NCBI GenBank assembly: GCA_043721535.1
Contig: JAYSQO010000001.1
Location: 19,626-83,625 of the forward strand
Length of the DNA: 64,000 nt
Direction: 5' to 3'
DNA from: Bdellovibrio sp.
Lineage (GTDB): Bacteria > Bdellovibrionota > Bdellovibrionia > Bdellovibrionales > Bdellovibrionaceae
Shown: in pieces, positions 20,431 to 30,735 of the stretch
Numbering within the stretch: the first letter of the stretch is position 1
Layout of the letters: the number at the start of each line of letters is the position of its first letter
Position numbers and translations under genes: made by a program
Notes under the pieces: model-generated
The model's input: the letters and a program-made list of their open reading frames with translations, nothing else
Database searches by the model: none
Told to the model about the DNA's origin: nothing

Positions 20431-20919
20431 ATGTTAACTTTGAACACTACAGCTGACAAGAAATCTTCAACTGTTTTTACAGTGGTTATTGTTTTGATTT
20501 GTTTATTATTCGCTATTTTGTCTTCATTGACAGGCGTACGCCAAATGCTGAGCTCCCGTAAAAGCGAAAGAACAGTTTTAGCTAAAGTCTTCGCTAAATA
20601 TGACCAAAAAGTTTTTGTGATTATCAAAATTAAAACCGAATCTGGTCTTGATGTTGAAGTCTACGAAAAAGACCCTGAAGGCAATCAGCAAAAATTAAAA
20701 CAAAAATTTTCCCTAAATGATGATAGCGATGCTTATTTGATGGTAAGAAATGATTCAATCAATTTGGGATTATTTGATGTTAATAAAGACGGTCAGCAAG
20801 ATATTATTTGCCCGTCTGTAGACCGCTTAGGTAATTCAAGATTAAATATTTTCGAATATTCTAAAGAGCTTCATCAATTTATTCCACTGATTGATCAAAG
20901 CCCTGATTCAATCAATTAG
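20431..20919 (+). CDS. Membrane-anchored hypothetical protein with a DxNxDG Ca-binding-like motif
   Basis: N-terminal TM helix; FDVNKDGQQDII motif. Confidence 0.75.
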   Translation: MLTLNTTADKKSSTVFTVVIVLICLLFAILSSLTGVRQMLSSRKSERTVLAKVFAKYDQKVFVIIKIKTESGLDVEVYEKDPEGNQQKLKQKFSLNDDSDAYLMVRNDSINLGLFDVNKDGQQDIICPSVDRLGNSRLNIFEYSKELHQFIPLIDQSPDSIN

Positions 20920-20920
20920 A

Positions 20921-22630
20921 TTATTTTTCTAAAACAACATCTATAAAAGTAGAGTAAGTCGGTCTAACCCGCGCAATGACAATTCGCGGTTTTAAACCTG
21001 GCAAATGAATTCTCAATTTAATCGGAAATCCGTTTTCTTTCCATTTTTCATAATCACCCGTATTTTGTGGATTCGGTTTTCTAGGCTCTACTATCCCAGT
21101 GATATGAAATCGTAAAGGATTCAGTGTTTGATCATAGAAAACATATGGTTCTATTTGTTTTTTCTCAGTGTTGTAAGCTGAAGTTGTTGTTGCCGAATAC
21201 AGCTCAGTGCCACGGCCTAAATAGATATCGTAAGGTACATTGGCTACATCGCGCGTAATATGACCTGATCGTAAAAGACTAATTGGTTCTTTTTCATAGT
21301 TAACATCCAAGGCTTGTAAAAAACCAGTGTTGTCTTTTTGAAGTTTTTTATCCAACATATAATCTAGCGGTAATCTTAAATTGATATCTAAAGTAAAACC
21401 TTGAAGTGGTTTTATATTATTCAGTGAATTTTGAATTGTTTTTGAGTTACCTAAGTCCAATTCGGCTGCTAACTTTTGATATTTAGCTTGATCGCACTGA
21501 TTAGGATTATTTTCACAGTTTAATAAATGTTTCACAACAAACTTATAAGTTGGGTGATCGCAAAGATTTGGAACCAAACAAAATTTTGGAATTTCAACCA
21601 CATCATAGAAATCATTTATATTAGGACTGGCGTGGACTGCTCTAACTAATAAGAATGGCACATCTGTGTTCTGCATATATTTTGTTTGTTGAAAATCTTT
21701 GAACTCAAGAACTTCATCGGGCTGATAGTTTGTGTTCAGCGCTTCGCCATAAATAAAATCTAAACGAGCACTTGGTATAATCACGGCTGTATCTGATTCG
21801 TAGTGTTCACCACCGAAACCAATCGTTTTTAGAAAGTTAGTCGATGCTTGCATCCAGAATTTTTTAAAGCTTGAATCAATTTTAGCAGCCGCATGAGCGC
21901 TAATTTTATCAGGAACAATACCCGCAACATTTAAAAATCGGGCCTTGATATACTGATCAGAATCTTCTTTTTTATCTATGCTGATGGCACGTCTACGAAA
22001 TTTAAAAATTGTATTGCTAGAAAATGACATTTCTTTTAATTCTGTAAAACCGAATGGTAACTGTTTACCGACCCAATTGATCACACTGTTATCAGACTGT
22101 GATCCCGCTGCAAGTTTAGAGCCCCAAAATGGTGATCCCAAACTTACAATGCCATCTATTTGACGAGCATATTGTGCTAACTGTGTGTCTGAAAAAGAAA
22201 GATCATCAGTCGCTGTATGGGTCAACAAACTATCCAAGTACCAGATAATTGAAACTAATCCACCTTGAGAATGTGTGATTAATGAAATTTTATCTTCAGG
22301 AATTAAACCTCCGTTTTTAACAAAAAAATTGTCGATTTTAGTAGATAAACTTTTTGCAAAATCATAAGTTGATAACTTTTTATCACCAGTTAAGTAATCA
22401 AATTTGATAACTTGAAGATCATACTGAGGTTGCACATCTTTCATGTGTTTAAGTAAAGCATCGGACATATAGCCAAATGTTTTTGAACTTCCCCCGATGC
22501 CGTGAACAGTAATAATTAAATGAATTGGCATTCGCTGGTTAGTTAGTTGGCTCGGCTCACGCTGTGAAACTTTAGAATTATGACTGCAAGATAACCCTAA
22601 GAAAATGAATATTAATATGCATAATCTCAT
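20921..22630 (-). CDS. Lipoprotein alpha/beta hydrolase (lipase/esterase-like)
   Basis: Lipobox-like GLSC, TVHGIGG, nucleophile elbow THSQGG, SLGSPFWGS, ESDTAV. Confidence 0.82.
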   Translation of the reverse strand: MRLCILIFIFLGLSCSHNSKVSQREPSQLTNQRMPIHLIITVHGIGGSSKTFGYMSDALLKHMKDVQPQYDLQVIKFDYLTGDKKLSTYDFAKSLSTKIDNFFVKNGGLIPEDKISLITHSQGGLVSIIWYLDSLLTHTATDDLSFSDTQLAQYARQIDGIVSLGSPFWGSKLAAGSQSDNSVINWVGKQLPFGFTELKEMSFSSNTIFKFRRRAISIDKKEDSDQYIKARFLNVAGIVPDKISAHAAAKIDSSFKKFWMQASTNFLKTIGFGGEHYESDTAVIIPSARLDFIYGEALNTNYQPDEVLEFKDFQQTKYMQNTDVPFLLVRAVHASPNINDFYDVVEIPKFCLVPNLCDHPTYKFVVKHLLNCENNPNQCDQAKYQKLAAELDLGNSKTIQNSLNNIKPLQGFTLDINLRLPLDYMLDKKLQKDNTGFLQALDVNYEKEPISLLRSGHITRDVANVPYDIYLGRGTELYSATTTSAYNTEKKQIEPYVFYDQTLNPLRFHITGIVEPRKPNPQNTGDYEKWKENGFPIKLRIHLPGLKPRIVIARVRPTYSTFIDVVLEK

Positions 22631-23724
22631 TTATTTAACTCCTGCTTTTTATTCAGGTCTCGCCAAGACTTTCCTTGACGAGCTTTCGGGTTTAATTGAA
22701 AAACTTTAACAGCTGCATTGTGCGCAACTAAACTATCAGAAAAACGGTGGGTCCCGTCATTTTGACTGACGAAATAAAGATATCTTGTTTTAGCTGGATT
22801 TAGCGCAGCTTTAAGTGCTTCACGACCTGGATTTGCAATCGGCGTTGGTGGTAGGCCATTCATTGTATACGTATTGTGTCTGGTTGGATTTTTTAAATCA
22901 GCGCGCGTGATATTATTTGGCATAGCATTATTTTTTAAGGCTACGCCGTACAAAACAGTTGGATCAGTTTGTAAACGCATACGCAAATCAAGTCGATTAT
23001 GAAATACAGATGAAACCAGATTTCTTTCATGGGCAGCACCCGTTTCTTTTTCAACAATACTGGCGAAAGTCACAATTTGATTTTGATTCCACATTCGCTG
23101 TGGATAATTTTGTTGAAAAAGTTTTAAATCAATTTCTAAATCAGACCATGTGGCCTGAAAACGATTAACCATTTGTGTGATAATCGTTTTAGCCGATTCA
23201 AATTTTGTAAATTTATAAGTTTCTGGAAATATATAGCCTTCTAGACTTTCGAGGTCTTTACCTATCAAGGTTTTAATAAATTCTTTGTCTCTTAATAAGG
23301 CTAATATATCTTCGCGTGCACCAAAACCATTTCTAGAAATAATTTCTGCGACATCGAAAATATTAACACCTTCAGGAAACGTTAGACTTTTCGTAACGCT
23401 TTTCCCTGAAGTAATAACAGCTAAAATTTCTTGCGGAGTCATTTTCGCTTGCAAAGCGTATTCTCCCATTTTTAGTTTTGGATTTTGACCTGTGTATTTT
23501 GCATATAGCTGAAAAAACTGAGCATTTTTAACAAGTTTTTGGACTTCTAAATTTTTAGAAACTGCGGCCATTGATTGGCCTGGCATCACATCAAATAAAA
23601 CTTCAGTTGCGTCATCACTGTAACCTTGACCTAAAAACTGATAACTAAAAAACAAAACACTGGCCACGACTGTGACACTGAAGAAGATCATTACGGTTAA
23701 ACTCATTTTCAATTTTTTATTCAA
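22627..23724 (-). CDS. mltG: Endolytic transglycosylase MltG
   Basis: LEGYIFPETY, ASIVEKET, LQTDPTVLYG, HNTYTMNGLPPTPIANPG, YLYFVS. Confidence 0.96.
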   Translation of the reverse strand: MNKKLKMSLTVMIFFSVTVVASVLFFSYQFLGQGYSDDATEVLFDVMPGQSMAAVSKNLEVQKLVKNAQFFQLYAKYTGQNPKLKMGEYALQAKMTPQEILAVITSGKSVTKSLTFPEGVNIFDVAEIISRNGFGAREDILALLRDKEFIKTLIGKDLESLEGYIFPETYKFTKFESAKTIITQMVNRFQATWSDLEIDLKLFQQNYPQRMWNQNQIVTFASIVEKETGAAHERNLVSSVFHNRLDLRMRLQTDPTVLYGVALKNNAMPNNITRADLKNPTRHNTYTMNGLPPTPIANPGREALKAALNPAKTRYLYFVSQNDGTHRFSDSLVAHNAAVKVFQLNPKARQGKSWRDLNKKQELNK

Positions 23725-25225
23725 GTGTAACCCCAGGTAATAACTTCGTCTTATCTAATGTGGTGTAGTCTTCAAGACTAGCAACAGGAACTGTACAGTA
23801 CTGAACAGCAAAATGAGCTGACGGACGATCGTTTCCAGATTTACCCATTCCGCCGAATGGTAAACGCGAACTAGCTCCGTTTGTCGTGCGATTTAAATTC
23901 AGTAAACCAACACGAGCTTTTAATAAAGCTTGCTGATAAAGATCCTTATTTTTTGTGAATAGCGCCATCACTAATCCGTAACCCGTTGAGTTCACCATTT
24001 TTAATGTTTGTTCAAAATCACTGGATCTGTATATAGCCACATTCGGCCCAAAAATTTCAGTTTTTTGATACATCGATTTTTCATCGTATTGCTTCACTAA
24101 ATGAATGCTTGGCGTTACATAGTGGCCTTTGTGTTCTAATTCTAAAGCTTTACCCCGCATCATGCTTTCACAATTTTCACGATTAGCCATTTCTTGAAAA
24201 CGCACGTATTTATCAACAGCCTGCGCGTTGATTAACGGCCCCATAAATGGATTTTTTGACCAATGCCCAATAGTTAATTTTTTAGCGGCTTGATAAAACT
24301 TTTCTGTAAACTGATCAGCAATTTTATCATGCAAAATAACCCGCGATGTTCCTGAACATCTTTGTCCTGTCGACATGTATGCGCCAACAAGTGTTTCATA
24401 AACTGCTTTTTCTAAATCAGCATCTTCCCAAATGACTGTGGCATTTTTGCCACCCATTTCTAATGCTAAAATTTTCCAGTATTGATTTAGTGTTTCTTGT
24501 TTTATTTTTAAACCGACCTCATATGATCCAGTGAATAACACGCCATCAACAAGTTCATGTGCCACAAGTTTGCGACCAGTTTCACCTTCACCATGAACTA
24601 AATTGAAAACTCCTGCAGGCAATTGAGCTTTTTCAATCATCTGTGCGTACAGTTGTGCTACAAACGGAGTTTGCTCAGACGGTTTATAAACTATCGTGTT
24701 CCCTGTAACCAGTGCTGGAATAATATGCCCGTTCGGTAAATGAGCCGGGAAATTAAAAGGTCCAATCACTGACATTACACCACGAGATTTATAGCGGATA
24801 AATCCGTTCACTGAAGGTAATGCATTATCAATTTTTTCTTCTTGAACCATTTTTAATGATTCATTAATTGTCACATCAATTTTTGCTGATAGGGCTTTAG
24901 CTTCAGTCGTCGCATCCCATAAAGATTTTCCTGTATCGCGTGCGATAGCTTCAGCCATTTCTTTTTCATGAATGATAAATTGTTCTTTTAAATTTAGAAT
25001 ATGTTTAATTCTGTCAGCTTGCGAAAGTGCTGCCCATGTTAGATAAGCTTTGCGTGCTGCATCGACGGCTGCATCGACGTGATCTAATTTGTAATGAACT
25101 GTCATCAGTTGATCAGATAAATCAGCTGGGCTAACATCTGCGAACTGACCATCAGGTTTAGCTGCTAAAATAAAATGCCCGTTAACAAAATCACCTTGAA
25201 ATTGTATTTTTTTAAAATCTGCCAT
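23717..25225 (-). CDS. astD: Succinylglutamate-semialdehyde dehydrogenase
   Basis: VIGPFNFPAHLPNGHIIPAL, KPSE, LALEMGGKN, TGQRCS; adjacent to astA. Confidence 0.88.
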   Translation of the reverse strand: MADFKKIQFQGDFVNGHFILAAKPDGQFADVSPADLSDQLMTVHYKLDHVDAAVDAARKAYLTWAALSQADRIKHILNLKEQFIIHEKEMAEAIARDTGKSLWDATTEAKALSAKIDVTINESLKMVQEEKIDNALPSVNGFIRYKSRGVMSVIGPFNFPAHLPNGHIIPALVTGNTIVYKPSEQTPFVAQLYAQMIEKAQLPAGVFNLVHGEGETGRKLVAHELVDGVLFTGSYEVGLKIKQETLNQYWKILALEMGGKNATVIWEDADLEKAVYETLVGAYMSTGQRCSGTSRVILHDKIADQFTEKFYQAAKKLTIGHWSKNPFMGPLINAQAVDKYVRFQEMANRENCESMMRGKALELEHKGHYVTPSIHLVKQYDEKSMYQKTEIFGPNVAIYRSSDFEQTLKMVNSTGYGLVMALFTKNKDLYQQALLKARVGLLNLNRTTNGASSRLPFGGMGKSGNDRPSAHFAVQYCTVPVASLEDYTTLDKTKLLPGVTLE

Positions 25226-26254
25226 CTAGTTTTTCTTTCCATATTCAAAAGGAGCCACAAAGACTTCTTGCTGAATATCTAATTTTAATAGTTCTCTTGT
25301 TTTTTGGGGAACAATCAACTGGCCATCAATAATTTCGTAAGCCGACTGAATACATTTAAAATGCAGTTCGCCTAAACCAATCAACCCTTGTTTTTTAAAC
25401 ATGGTTTCTTTAGTGTCGGCGATTTTTATTTTTTGGCCACGTTTAATTGGCAAAATATTTTCAGTTTTACATCCATAATGTGGACCGCCATCAAAAGGGT
25501 CAACTTCATCTAAATAACTAAATCCGATACTTTCTAATAAATGCTGAGCAGGCTTTGTCGCAGTACCTACACGACCTAGAACTAATCTAGCTTTAGAATC
25601 TAATAAACTTAAATAGATATCTTCTTCAGGGAAAAGTGATTCAATAAATTCTTTATTCACTTGCGACAGTGCATCGGCTTCTTGATAGGGAAGACCCGTA
25701 AACCGGCGTCCTAAGGCCTCCCAAAATTCACTGCGGCCTTCTTCAGTCAGTGGCGGAGATAATTCACAAAGCACTCGCGTTTCAAAACGATCACGATGTA
25801 AACCCATATAGATAAATCGACCAAGTGAGATCTGTTTACCTAGTCTTTCAGGTCTACGACGGTATTCTTTATCAATCAATAGGCCGCCGATTTCAGTTGG
25901 CCCGTCATTGTCTAATTGAAAACGTAAAACTTGGTGAATAAAACCAATTCCTAAATCTTGTGAAAAATGATCCCTTTTTAATATTTTAAAATAACAATGA
26001 GGAACATCGTCGTTTCCGTGTTTTGCAATAATCAAAGAACTTCCAACAATGCATTTTTCTTCAGTGTCTTCCAAAACAAAAATATATTCTGATTTATCTT
26101 TTGGTAATTCACCAGCAAATGAGGCTTCGCTTTGTGCGATTTTTTCGGCAATAACTTTTTTATCACCAGGCAAGTTTAATAAATTAAACTGCTTCGCCAG
26201 ATCGGTTAATTGAAGTAGGTCTTTTTTTTCAACTGATCGGACAATAAAACTCAT
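25226..26254 (-). CDS. astA: Arginine/ornithine N-succinyltransferase (start refined to 26254, MSFIVR)
   Basis: GPTEIGGLL, GRSEFWEALGRRF, FDGGP motifs; ATGA overlap with the M20 stop. Confidence 0.9.
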   Translation of the reverse strand: MSFIVRSVEKKDLLQLTDLAKQFNLLNLPGDKKVIAEKIAQSEASFAGELPKDKSEYIFVLEDTEEKCIVGSSLIIAKHGNDDVPHCYFKILKRDHFSQDLGIGFIHQVLRFQLDNDGPTEIGGLLIDKEYRRRPERLGKQISLGRFIYMGLHRDRFETRVLCELSPPLTEEGRSEFWEALGRRFTGLPYQEADALSQVNKEFIESLFPEEDIYLSLLDSKARLVLGRVGTATKPAQHLLESIGFSYLDEVDPFDGGPHYGCKTENILPIKRGQKIKIADTKETMFKKQGLIGLGELHFKCIQSAYEIIDGQLIVPQKTRELLKLDIQQEVFVAPFEYGKKN

Positions 26255-27627
26255 ACACAAAACCTTTCAATCATACTTTTATAAAACGATGTCATTTTTT
26301 CTAGATCTAACATGTCCACATGTTCATTAGCCGTATGCACGTTGCCTTCACGCAGCCCCGCGCCTAAGCAAATGCATTCAATGCCTACGCGCGAAAAAAG
26401 ACTAGCTTCATTGGTTGATGCCAAACTGACACACTGGCTTTTTATTCCTAATTTTTCAAATTCACTAAGAGCAGCTTTTATCAAAACTGAATTCTCAACT
26501 GTTCTAAAAGGTCTTTTGTAATCTTGCAGTCTAAATTCTGCACCCATATCTTGGCAGGCTTTAGAAATATCGTGCATCCATTCTTCGTAATGCTCTTGGG
26601 TGACATTCGGCAGAATACGGCAGGTGCCGCCGATCATAATATGATCTTCGTAGGTTCTGACGATTCCGATCGTAATTGTTGAATGATCCGGTTGAAATTC
26701 AGCATCTTTAGTTTGGCTCATTTTAAATTGAACCGATTTCATCATTTCAAAAAGTTGATTCAATTTTCGAATCACAGGTTCTTTAAACGATGTTGTCACA
26801 TCAAGTTCAACCATCGCTTGATGAGGAATCATATTAAATCGTGTCCCTGCATCAACATCAACGATGACGATGTTGTCAGGCATTTTTGAAATATATTCTA
26901 AAAGTTTAACAGCAGCACTTTCGCCTAAATGTGGTGTCGATGAATGCGCTGACTTACCTGAAAAAATCTTTGTTTGTGTAGATGTAGATTCAGATAGTGA
27001 TCTTTGTTTTTTATATTCAATTTCTTCAGCCGATAAAGGAATCCTGATTTCAACAGTGGCAAAGCCTTTAGCCGAATTAATAATCTGCATATTTGATGGT
27101 TCGCCAATTAGCGCATATTTAGCATTCATCTTGTTTTTACGAATTAATTTAAGCGCGCCTTGCATTCCGGTTTCTTCACCAAAGGTTCCAACCAAAACCG
27201 GCTTTAACACATTCATTTTTTGATCTTTTAGATCTATCAGGGCTTTTAGCTTACATAAAAAATCTAATTTAACTTCAGCCGCACCTATGCCATAAATTTT
27301 TTGATTTTCGATCACTGCATCAAAAGGATTAAAATTATTTTTTTTCCATAGTGCAAAATTTCCTGGATCAACAGTATCTAAATGGGCTTGTAATAAAAAT
27401 TCTTGCTGGCCAGGCTGATAACTTTCTAGTCGAATTAAAATGTTTGACTGTAAAACGCCATTTTGAATTTCATTTTGTGTTTCCACATTTAGCCCATAGG
27501 ATAATGCGAGCTCAGCTAAATAACTAGTGAGCTCGACGGTGGTGCTTTGAGGAGTGCTATCGATAGAAATGACTTTTCGACAGGCACTTATAAAGTCAAA
27601 ATTGAAATCAAAATCTTTCGCGTTCAA
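26251..27627 (-). CDS. M20-family metallo-amidohydrolase (ArgE/DapE-like)
   Basis: AHLDTV, GEETG, IGEPS, SAHSS, HTANEH zinc/catalytic motifs. Confidence 0.9.
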   Translation of the reverse strand: MNAKDFDFNFDFISACRKVISIDSTPQSTTVELTSYLAELALSYGLNVETQNEIQNGVLQSNILIRLESYQPGQQEFLLQAHLDTVDPGNFALWKKNNFNPFDAVIENQKIYGIGAAEVKLDFLCKLKALIDLKDQKMNVLKPVLVGTFGEETGMQGALKLIRKNKMNAKYALIGEPSNMQIINSAKGFATVEIRIPLSAEEIEYKKQRSLSESTSTQTKIFSGKSAHSSTPHLGESAAVKLLEYISKMPDNIVIVDVDAGTRFNMIPHQAMVELDVTTSFKEPVIRKLNQLFEMMKSVQFKMSQTKDAEFQPDHSTITIGIVRTYEDHIMIGGTCRILPNVTQEHYEEWMHDISKACQDMGAEFRLQDYKRPFRTVENSVLIKAALSEFEKLGIKSQCVSLASTNEASLFSRVGIECICLGAGLREGNVHTANEHVDMLDLEKMTSFYKSMIERFCV

Positions 27628-27630
27628 AAA

Positions 27631-29064
27631 TTAAAGCCCTTCTAAAACTGTTTTTTCAATAATTCTAAGTGCCACATCAATATCACTATTTTCAATAATC
27701 GCTGGAACTAAAAACCGAATTCTAACTGGATCTTTACCACAGCTAAATGCAATCAGACCGTTATTAAATAGTTTTTTAATAACTATTTCGATTTGTTCTT
27801 TTTTTCCGTCAAGTGGCGTGAACGCAATCATTAAGCCCATGCCGCCAGCATCTTGCAAAAGACCCTTGCATGACGAGATATTTAATTTATTTAAGCCATC
27901 AACAAAGTGTTCATGAATTTGTTGAATGCGACCTGTTGGGCCGGTGTAACCTTCTTCAAGCATTTCTAAAATTTCAAGTCCCGCAGACATTGAACTTGTT
28001 CCACCTGAAAATGTCCCAGCGATCAAGCCTGGTTTTGGGTTGTATTCTTCTGTGTAAAGCGTAGCCCCCAATTGCACTGTTTTCGCAATAGTCACGATAT
28101 CGACGTATTCACCTATGTCCATTGTTTCATAGGCAAAAAATTCGCCGGTTCTAGCAAATGTTTGAACTTCATCAGCCCAGACTGCAATTTTATTTTGTCT
28201 GCAAAATTCAAGCATCGGCACATAAAATTCACGGGGCACAGGTACAAAACCGCCCTCACCTAACATCGGTTCAAAAACAAATGTTGAAATATTTTTTTCA
28301 TGCTTTGCATAGTGTTCTTTAAATATTCGCAAAGCTTTTTCAGTGCTTTGAGGATCTTTTTTGTCATGATTGGGAATTCTTAGAACTTCGTTATAGTCAG
28401 GTAAGCCCTGTTTATATGCGGCATTGTCAGTCACTTCGGCCATTAATGTTGATCGACCGGCAAAAGCATTTTTCATAGCCACGATCATTTTTGCAGGAGA
28501 ATTTTTTTGACGAGAAATTTTTAAAGCATTTTCATTAGCCATTGTTCCACATGTTGAAAACCAAACATGACGTAAACGACTTTTTCGGCTAGCGATTTGA
28601 ATTAATTTTTCTGATAATTTAAGATATTCATTATTCGGTTGTAAATTACCTTGCATGATAATGTCGGCGATAGCTCCGCGAACTGTGGCCTTCATCACCC
28701 GTTGGTTAGCATGACCCATGATGTGAATTCCGATACCGTTGATCAAATCCATTTTCACACTGCCGTCTTCAAGTTCAACGTAAACGCCGCTACCTGCGCC
28801 AGTGCCTATATAATTATGATAAAGTGGTCGACCGCGTAAAGTTGCAATACGGTCCATTTTGTTTTTGAAGTGTTGCGCTAATTGGGGATCTGATTTTTTA
28901 ATCAGTTGTAATGATTTATTATGTATTGTGACTTCATCAACCAAATCGTTGATTAAACCTTCAATAACAGGATCTTGATTAATTTTTTTACCGACTAAAA
29001 GTTCATCGCTGTTTCCCACAGTCGTTTTAACTTTTAAAATTGCATCTTTTAGAACTGATAACAT
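27631..29064 (-). CDS. Class III PLP aminotransferase (ArgD/AstC-like); start uncertain (29064 or 29019)
   Basis: FEPMLGEGG, DEVQT, DIVTIAK (PLP Lys); first gene of the ast-like operon. Confidence 0.88.
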   Translation of the reverse strand: MLSVLKDAILKVKTTVGNSDELLVGKKINQDPVIEGLINDLVDEVTIHNKSLQLIKKSDPQLAQHFKNKMDRIATLRGRPLYHNYIGTGAGSGVYVELEDGSVKMDLINGIGIHIMGHANQRVMKATVRGAIADIIMQGNLQPNNEYLKLSEKLIQIASRKSRLRHVWFSTCGTMANENALKISRQKNSPAKMIVAMKNAFAGRSTLMAEVTDNAAYKQGLPDYNEVLRIPNHDKKDPQSTEKALRIFKEHYAKHEKNISTFVFEPMLGEGGFVPVPREFYVPMLEFCRQNKIAVWADEVQTFARTGEFFAYETMDIGEYVDIVTIAKTVQLGATLYTEEYNPKPGLIAGTFSGGTSSMSAGLEILEMLEEGYTGPTGRIQQIHEHFVDGLNKLNISSCKGLLQDAGGMGLMIAFTPLDGKKEQIEIVIKKLFNNGLIAFSCGKDPVRIRFLVPAIIENSDIDVALRIIEKTVLEGL

Positions 29065-29168
29065 TTTCAACCTCATTGAAATTTTTTAGTTTTTTGGTGT
29101 TTAAGATAGAATACCTTGTTGCGACGAGCTATGACAAGGAAAGCACTTGTTCGTTAGACTTTGGCTCT

Positions 29169-29927
29169 ATGCAGCCTGTACCCAATTACGAAATTGAATT
29201 TCAAAAAGCACTAACACTGCAGCAAGAAAAAAAATATGATGAGGCTATTGCCGTTTATCAGCAAATTCTCGACCAAGGGCTAGCTAAAGAACAAGCTGCT
29301 GATGTTTGTCATAATCTCAGCCTTAGTTATTTTCTTAAAAAAGACTATTTAAAAAGTTTTATTTACAATCAAAAATCGATTCATTTTAACCCCTACCAAG
29401 CTGAAGCTAAAAAATTAACTGAAGCCCTTAAAAAAGATTTTCAAGTTAAAACAATTCCCCATGAAATCTCAGTGACTGAACAAGTTCATAATTTGGGATT
29501 AAGTTATTTTCCTGTAGAATCCCTATGGGTAGCGGCTTTGATCTTTCTTATTTTAGCAGGACGAAAAACGATCTTTTTTTATTTTGGTAAAAAAAGATCT
29601 TACCTTGAAAACACGCCATCACCTGTTTTAGATTTCAAAGTTTTCATTTTTTTATTTTTATTTGTCAGTTTAGGATTACTTGCGGGGTTAAAAGCTTGGG
29701 ATGAATTAACACCAAAAGCTTTTATCGCCGTAGAATCAGTAAACCTGATGACTGCCGCTGGCCCCAATCAGGCCGTGTTGACAGATTTACCAGGGGGAAC
29801 TTTGGTCGAAATCCTTCGTACAGCTAAAATTAACAGCATAGACTACTATCAAATTAAATACTCAGGAGGGGTTTCTGGTTGGGTTGATAAAAACCAACTT
29901 GAACTTCTCTATTTGCCCAAAGACTAA
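29169..29927 (+). CDS. TPR + TM + SH3b protein (BatE-like); start refined to ATG 29169
   Basis: N-terminal TPR helices, two TM segments and a C-terminal SH3-like GWV motif. The longer start at 29040 overlaps the divergent gene. Confidence 0.72.
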   Translation: MQPVPNYEIEFQKALTLQQEKKYDEAIAVYQQILDQGLAKEQAADVCHNLSLSYFLKKDYLKSFIYNQKSIHFNPYQAEAKKLTEALKKDFQVKTIPHEISVTEQVHNLGLSYFPVESLWVAALIFLILAGRKTIFFYFGKKRSYLENTPSPVLDFKVFIFLFLFVSLGLLAGLKAWDELTPKAFIAVESVNLMTAAGPNQAVLTDLPGGTLVEILRTAKINSIDYYQIKYSGGVSGWVDKNQLELLYLPKD

Positions 29928-29985
29928 CCATTTGCGCCATTAAAAGTGTCTAATTTTTTTGACATAAAACTGAAGCTAGGTTGAT

Positions 29986-30735
29986 ATGAGCATGAGGTTT
30001 TACACTATGAAAACATTTGTTCTTTTTTTCATATTTTCGCAATTTTTTTTTGCTTGCGCTACTGTTGATCGCAACCTCAATACAGCAGAAGGTCTTTATG
30101 ATTATGCCAGAGATTTCGATGAAAATGAACGCTACGAGATCGCATTAACAAAATACGCTGAAGTTAAAAACAAATTCCCCTACAGTAAATTAGCAACTGA
30201 ATCTGAATTAGCTATCGCCGATGTTTATTACAAGCGTGAATCCTATGCAGAAGCTGAGGTCTCTTACCAAAACTTTAGAGACCTTCACCCAAAACATCCC
30301 CGTTCAGATTATGTTCTTTATAAAGTCGCTATGAGTTTTTACATGCAACTGCCTGAAACAAACGATCGCGATTTAACAGCTGGTAAAGATGCGATTTATC
30401 ATTTTGAACAATTGGTTAAGCTCTACCCGAAATCTCAGTATGCTGTTGAATGTAAGTCAAAGCGCGATGAGATTTATAATAAGCTGGCTGAAAAAGAAAT
30501 TTACATTGCTGACTTTTATTACAACCAAGAAATGTATATGGCTGCTCTTCGCCGGTATGAAACTTCAATTGCGAAATACCCTGGTTTAGGTTTTGATCCC
30601 CGTTCGCACTATGGTGCTTTTTTAAGTGCGAAAAAACTAAAAGACGATCAAAAACAAAAATATCACGCGCAATTATTAATGAAAAAATATCCGAAATCTG
30701 ATGAAGCCCAAAAAGTTAAAAGCGAGGGCTTATGA
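29986..30735 (+). CDS. bamD: Outer membrane assembly lipoprotein BamD
   Basis: Lipobox FFAC, FPYSKLA, FRDLHPKHPRSDYVLY, DRDLTAGKDA, LYPKSQYA, LAEKEIYIADFY. Confidence 0.92.
   Translation: MSMRFYTMKTFVLFFIFSQFFFACATVDRNLNTAEGLYDYARDFDENERYEIALTKYAEVKNKFPYSKLATESELAIADVYYKRESYAEAEVSYQNFRDLHPKHPRSDYVLYKVAMSFYMQLPETNDRDLTAGKDAIYHFEQLVKLYPKSQYAVECKSKRDEIYNKLAEKEIYIADFYYNQEMYMAALRRYETSIAKYPGLGFDPRSHYGAFLSAKKLKDDQKQKYHAQLLMKKYPKSDEAQKVKSEGL

Noticed and set aside
29040-29168. 36-nt head-to-head overlap between the aminotransferase and the TPR-SH3 ORF
   Set aside because: An artefact of longest-ORF starts; the downstream starts (29064 or 29019, and 29169) remove it.
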